A DNA stretch of 32,000 nucleotides, taken from positions 60,001 to 92,000 of the forward strand of contig CP064967.1 of NCBI GenBank assembly GCA_016699265.1, written 5' to 3'. The notes under the pieces are model-generated. The model saw nothing but the letters and a program-made list of their open reading frames with translations. It was not told the DNA's origin and did not search any database. This stretch comes from Candidatus Saccharimonadota bacterium. GTDB lineage: Bacteria > Patescibacteriota > Microgenomatia > UBA1406 > GWC2-37-13. Both the position numbers and the translations under genes were made by a program. Shown piece after piece: positions 27,249-32,000 of this stretch (position 1 is its first letter; every line of letters begins with the position of its first letter).

Positions 27249-27794
27249 CCTTACCGTTAACGGAACACAACCCTTGAGATAACACCAGTGACTTTAATGC
27301 AGGTGTATCAGGTCAGGTATATCATTTGCCTCTGGGGAACATACCGCCCTTGAGACAGTCGGTGGAGTCTTGACCTGCGGATCTGATGTGGTGGATCAGA
27401 CTCAGGTTGGATTGATGGTGGATCAAACGTTCTTATTACCTCCTCTGACAATGTAGGTATTGGAACAACAGCACCTGGGGCCAAGTTGATGTTGTTGGTT
27501 CAGGTCTATTCTCCCAGAACCTTACAGTCACTGGTTCAGTCTCTGCTGGATCACTAACTGTTGGAGGGGACACCATCACAGACTTTACAGGTACAGGACT
27601 TAGTGCAGCTGGTAACACACTTGTCACCACCCTTGGTACCTCAATCTCAAACGGGGAGCTTGATAACTCTACAATCACCTTTGCTGGTGACTTAGGCTCC
27701 TCAACAACAGCATTAGGTGCTACAAGAACAATCTCAGGTGGTACAAACGGTATTGACACCTCAGACAACAATGCCGGTACCTTAACCATTAACT

Positions 27795-28532
27795 TTGACT
27801 CTACAGAGGTTGGAACCACCACCTTTGGTTCAGGGTCTGCTTTTGCCTGGACCTTTGACTCAACTGCTGGAACCGATACCTCAATTGCCTTTGGATCTAA
27901 CTCTCAGATCTTTACCTCAGGGACTGCTTCCTTCTCAGGAAGACTTGGTATTGGTACAACCGCTCCAACCGTTTCACTTGATGTTGTTGGTTCAGGTCTA
28001 TTCTCCCAGAACCTTACAGTCACTGGTTCTCTCTGCTGGATCACTAACTGTTGGAGGAGACACCATCACAGACTTTAAGGTACAGGACTTAGTGCAGCTG
28101 GTAACACACTTGTCACCACATTTGGTACCTCAATCTCAAACGGAGCTTGATAACTCTACAATCACCTTTGCTGGTGACTTAGGCTCCTCAACAACAGCAT
28201 TAGGCGCTACAAGAACAATCTCAGGTGGTACAAACGGTATTGACACCTCAGACAACAATGCCGGTACCTTAACCATTAACTTTGACTCTACAGAGGTTGG
28301 AACCACCACCTTTGGTTCAGGATCTGCTTTGCCTGGACCTTTGACTCAACTGCTGGAACCGATACCTCAATTGCCTTTGGATCTAACTCTCAGATCTTTA
28401 CCTCAGGTACTGCTTCATTCTCAGGAAGACTTGGTATTGGTACAACTGCTCCTACCGTTTCACTTGATGTTGTTGGAGCTGGAGTCTTCTCAACTAACCT
28501 TACCGTTAACGGGAACACAACCCTTGAGATAA
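27795..28532 (+). pseudogene. Repeat-protein fragment that alternates between sense and off-frame text
   Basis: The sense islands SAGSLTVGGDTITDF and ELDNSTITFAGDLGSS..TFGSGSA are separated by short indels at ~28029, 28077, 28143 and 28328. Confidence 0.45.
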
Positions 28533-28638
28533 CACCAGTGACACCATAACCTTTAATGCAGGTGTATCAGGTGCAGGTATATCATTTGCCTCCTCAACAT
28601 TTGGAACATGTACCGCCCTTGAGACAGTCGGTGGAGTC

Positions 28639-29367
28639 TTGACCTGCGGATCTGATGCTGGTGGATCAGACTCAGGTTGGATTGATGGTGGATCAAACGT
28701 CTATCTTATTACCTCCTCTGACAATGTAGGTATTGGAACAACAGCACCTGGGGCCAAGCTTGATGTTGTTGGTTCAGGTCTATTCTCCCAGAACCTTACA
28801 GTCACTGGATCAGTCTCTGCTGGATCACTAACTGTTGGAGGGGACACCATCACAGACTTTACAGGTACAGGACTTAGTGCAGCTGGTAACACACTTGTCA
28901 CCACCCTTGGTACCTCAATCTCAAACGGGGAGCTTGATAACTCTACAATCACCTTTGCTGGTGACTTAGGCTCCTCAACAACAGCATTAGGTGCTACAAG
29001 AACAATCTCAGGTGGTACAAACGGTATTGACACCTCAGACAACAATGCCGGTACCTTAACCATTAACTTTGACTCTACAGAGGTTGGAACCACCACCTTT
29101 GGTTCAGGGTCTGCTTTTGCCTGGACCTTTGACTCAACTGCTGGAACCGATACCTCAATTGCCTTTGGATCTAACTCTCAGATCTTTACCTCAGGTACTG
29201 CTTCATTCTCAGGAAGACTTGGTATTGGTACAACCGCTCCAACCGTTTCACTTGATGTTGTTGGTTCAGGTCTATTCTCCCAGAACCTTACAGTCACTGG
29301 ATCAGTCTCTGCTGGATCACTAACTGTTGGAGGACACCATCACAGACTTTACAGGTACAGGACTTAG
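28639..29367 (+). pseudogene. Repeat-protein fragment, longest clean stretch (end of C module + B + start of next B)
   Basis: (L)TCGSDAGGSDSGWIDGGSNVYLITSSDNVGIGTTAPGAKLDVVGSGLF... stays in the sense frame until the 2-nt loss at ~29333. Confidence 0.6.
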
Positions 29368-30111
29368 TGCAGCTGGTAACACACTTGTAACCACCCTTGG
29401 TACCTCAATCTCAAACGGGGAGCTTGATAACTCTACAATCACCTTTGCTGGTGACTTAGGCTCCTCAACAACAGCATTAGGTGCTACAAGAACAATCTCA
29501 GGTGGTACAAACGGTATTGACACCTCAGACAACAATGCCGGTACTTAACCATTAACTTTGACTCTACAGAGGTTGGAACCACCACCTTTGGTTCAGGATC
29601 TGCTTTTGCCTGGACCTTTGACTCAACTGCTGGAACCGATACCTCAATTGCCTTTGGATCTAACTCTCAGATCTTTACCTCAGGTACTGCTTCATTCTCA
29701 GGAAGACTTGGTATTGGTACAACCGCTCCTACCGTTTCACTTGATGTTGTTGGAGCTGGAGTCTTCTCAACTAACCTTACCGTTAACGGGAACACAACCC
29801 TTGGAGATAACACCAGTGACACCATAACCTTTAATGCAGGTGTATCAGGTGCAGGTATATCATTGCCTCCTCAACATTTGGAACATGTACCGCCCTTGAG
29901 ACAGTCGGTGGAGTCTTGACCTGCGGATCTGATGCTGGTGGATCAGACTCAGGTTGGATTGATGGTGGATCAAACGTCTATCTTATTACCTCCTCTGACA
30001 ATGTAGGTATTGGAACAACAGCACCTGGGGCCAAGCTTGATGTTGTTGGTTCAGGTCTATTCTCCCAGAACCTTACAGTCACTGGATCAGTCTCTGCTGG
30101 ATCACTAACTG

Positions 30112-31077
30112 TTGGAGGACACCATCACAGACTTTACAGGTACAGGACTTAGTGCAGCTGGTAACACACTTGTCACCACCCTTGGTACCTCAATCTCAAA
30201 CGGGGAGCTTGATAACTCTACAATCACCTTTGCTGGTGACTTAGGCTCCTCAACAACAGCATTAGGTGCTACAAGAACAATCTCAGGTGGTACAAACGGT
30301 ATTGACACCTCAGACAACAATGCCGGTACCTTAACCATTAACTTTGACTCTACAGAGGTTGGAACCACCACCTTTGGTTCAGGGTCTGCTTTTGCCTGGA
30401 CCTTTGACTCAACTGCTGGAACCGATACCTCAATTGCCTTTGGATCTAACTCTCAGATCTTTACCTCAGGGACCGCCTCATTCTCAGGAAGACTTGGTAT
30501 TGGTACAACCGCTCCTACCGTTTCACTTGATGTTGTTGGTTCAGGTCTATTCTCCCAGAACCTTACAGTCACTGGTTCAGTCTCTGCTGGATCACTAACT
30601 GTTGGAGGAGACACCATCACAGACTTTACAGGTACAGGACTTAGTGCAGCTGGTAACACACTTGTCACCACCCTTGGTACCTCAATCTCAAACGGGGAGC
30701 TTGATAACTCTACAATCACCTTTGCTGGTGACTTAGGCTCCTCAACAACAGCATTAGGCGCTACAAGAACAATCTCAGGTGGTACAAACGACAACAATGC
30801 CGGTACCTTAACCATTAACTTTGACTCTACAGAGGTTGGAACCACCACCTTGGTTCAGGATCTGCTTTTGCCTGGACCTTTGACTCAACTGCTGGAACCG
30901 ATACCTCAATTGCCTTTGGATCTAACTCTCAGATCTTTACCTCAGGTACTGCTTCATTCTCAGGAAGACTTGGTATTGGTACAACCGCTCCTACCGTTTC
31001 ACCTGGAGCTGGAGTCTTCTCAACTAACTCTTACCGTTAACGGGAACACAACCCTTGGAGATAACACACAGGTTTAA
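30112..31077 (+). pseudogene. Repeat-protein fragment (sense to ~30850, then off-frame)
   Basis: The B-module text runs twice. There is an in-frame 15-nt loss (GIDTS) at ~30790 and a frame slip at the T run ~30850. Confidence 0.55.
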
Positions 31078-32000
31078 TCAGGTGTATCAGGTGCAGGTGT
31101 TTCATTTGCCTCCTCAACATTTGGAACATGTACCGCCCTTGAGACAGTCGGTGGAGTCTTGACCTGCGGATCTGATGCTGGTGGATCAGACTCAGGTTGG
31201 ATTGATGGTGGATCAAACGTCTATCTTATTACCTCCTCTGACAATGTGGTATTGGAACAACAGCACCTGGGGCCAAGCTTGATGTTGTTGGTTCAGGTCT
31301 ATTCTCCCAGAACCTTACAGTCACTGGATCAGTCTCTGCTGGATCACTAACTGTTGGAGGGGACACCATCACAGACTTTACAGGTACAGGACTTAGTGCA
31401 GCTGGTAACACACTTGTCACCACCCTTGGTACCTCAATCTCAAACGGGGAGCTTGATAACTCTACAATCACCTTTGCTGGTGACTTAGGCTCCTCAACAA
31501 CAGCATTAGGTGCTACAAGAACAATCTCAGGTGGTACAAACGGTATTGACACCTCAGACAACAATGCCGGTACCTTAACCATTAACTTTGACTCTACAGA
31601 GGTTGGAACCACCACCTTTGGTTCAGGGTCTGCTTTTGCCTGGACCTTTGACTCAACTGCTGGAACCGATACCTCAATTGCCTTTGGATCTAACTCTCAG
31701 ATCTTTACCTCAGGTACTGCTTCATTCTCAGGAAGACTTGGTATTGGTACAACTCCCTACCGTTTCACTTGATGTTGTTGGAGCTGGTCTCTTCTCCCAG
31801 AACCTCTCAACTAACAGTCTCTTGGAGATAACTGTTGGAGGACACCAACCAGACTTTAAGGCAGGACTTAGTGCAGCTGGAACATTTGGCCTCCTCAACA
31901 TTGGATAACATAATCACCTTTGACAGTCGGTGACTTGACATCTGATGAACAATTGGACAAAATGCAGGTGTATAACCAACTTCAAGTTCAGACAATGCTG

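Larger units (their letters stand above)
25925..32000 (+). repeat. Nested coding tandem array, (B ~490 bp, B ~490 bp, C ~296 bp) = ~1.27-kb super-unit, about 5 copies
   Basis: The LTCGSD-coding anchor occurs at 26048, 27370, 28639, 29916 and 31159. B-module anchors (ORF-track MTLQRLEPPP starts) occur at 26577, 27064, 27795, 29069, 29558, 30344 and 31588. Confidence 0.9.
26164..32000 (+). pseudogene. Continuation of the repeat ectodomain in shifting frames (frameshifted, or error-laden assembly); runs off the window
   Basis: From 26164 another frame reads GKLQIAGDTDEIQLVVTGNATQTSNLL..SVSAGSLTVGGDTITDF. This matches the repeat consensus, and the sense frame can be followed through many small indels to the window end. 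Confidence 0.75.

Noticed and set aside
26229-31615. Long minus-strand ORFs repeated through the array (MVVPTSVESKLMVKVPALLSEVSIPFVPPEIVLVAPNAVVEEPKSPAKV..., for example 27436-27822, 28701-29096, 31229-31615)
   Set aside because: They are antisense shadows of the repeat. The text is low-complexity and P/V/S-rich, the copies recur only because the sense sequence recurs, and there is no independent start context. The sense strand carries a coherent domain-like repeat continuous with the upstream gene.
26577-31908. Plus-strand MTLQRLEPPPLVQGLLLPGPLTQLLEPIPQLPLDL... ORFs (for example 27064-27282, 29069-29323, 29558-29827, 30344-30598, 31588-31908)
   Set aside because: They are off-frame readings of the B module. 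They give Leu/Pro-rich nonsense that begins right after an off-frame stop in each unit, and they turn into sense text only where an indel shifts the frame.
25925-32000. CRISPR array
   Set aside because: The period is ~490/1270 bp, not 25-40-bp repeats with unique spacers. The whole unit is coding, and no cas genes are present.
25925-32000. Diversity-generating retroelement (template/variable repeats), which are common in CPR-like genomes
   Set aside because: No reverse transcriptase lies in the window. The few substitutions between copies are not adenine-specific (G/A, A/T, C/T and T/C are all seen), and the differences are mostly indels.
24143-32000. vls/pilS-like antigenic variation (an expression site followed by silent cassettes)
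   Set aside because: The cassettes are nearly identical to each other, so recombination would generate no diversity. The downstream copies are collinear continuations of the same reading frame rather than variant segments.

Overview
Compact, moderately AT-rich bacterial chromosome segment using the standard genetic code (TGA serves as a stop). Nt 1-23,300 is housekeeping. It holds a window-truncated surface protein and secE-nusG-rplK-rplA, without the usual rplJ-rplL-rpoBC continuation. Next come a P-type cation ATPase operon, three paralogous GGCT/AIG2-like genes, transketolase, a stand-alone GGDEF cyclase and a frameshifted acetyl-CoA synthetase. These are followed by divergent tyrS (archaeal/eukaryal type) and trpS, an arginase-fold enzyme, an RRM RNA-binding protein, leuS, tRNA-Gln(CUG), an M16 peptidase and a prepilin peptidase. 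The gene style (small tightly packed genes, r-protein extension, RRM protein, type IV pilus peptidase, huge repeat surface protein) suggests an uncultivated CPR/Patescibacteria-like bacterium, but this is inference only. The stand-out is nt 24,143-32,000. It follows a 0.8-kb very AT-rich spacer carrying a near-consensus promoter and a palindrome with 12-bp arms. The gene opens with two MerR/excisionase-like HTH units and one TM helix. It continues as a Ser/Thr/Gly-rich beta-strand-repeat ectodomain that runs into a nested tandem array and off the window end. The array unit is two ~490-bp modules plus one ~296-bp Cys-containing module (~1.27 kb), present about five times in nearly identical copies. 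By my manual alignment the array is interrupted by roughly 25-30 indels, almost all deletions, with very few substitutions. It is therefore either one giant (>2,600 aa) membrane-tethered DNA-binding surface fibre damaged by long-read or assembly errors, or a decaying gene. No CRISPR array, rRNA, transposase or integrase was seen.
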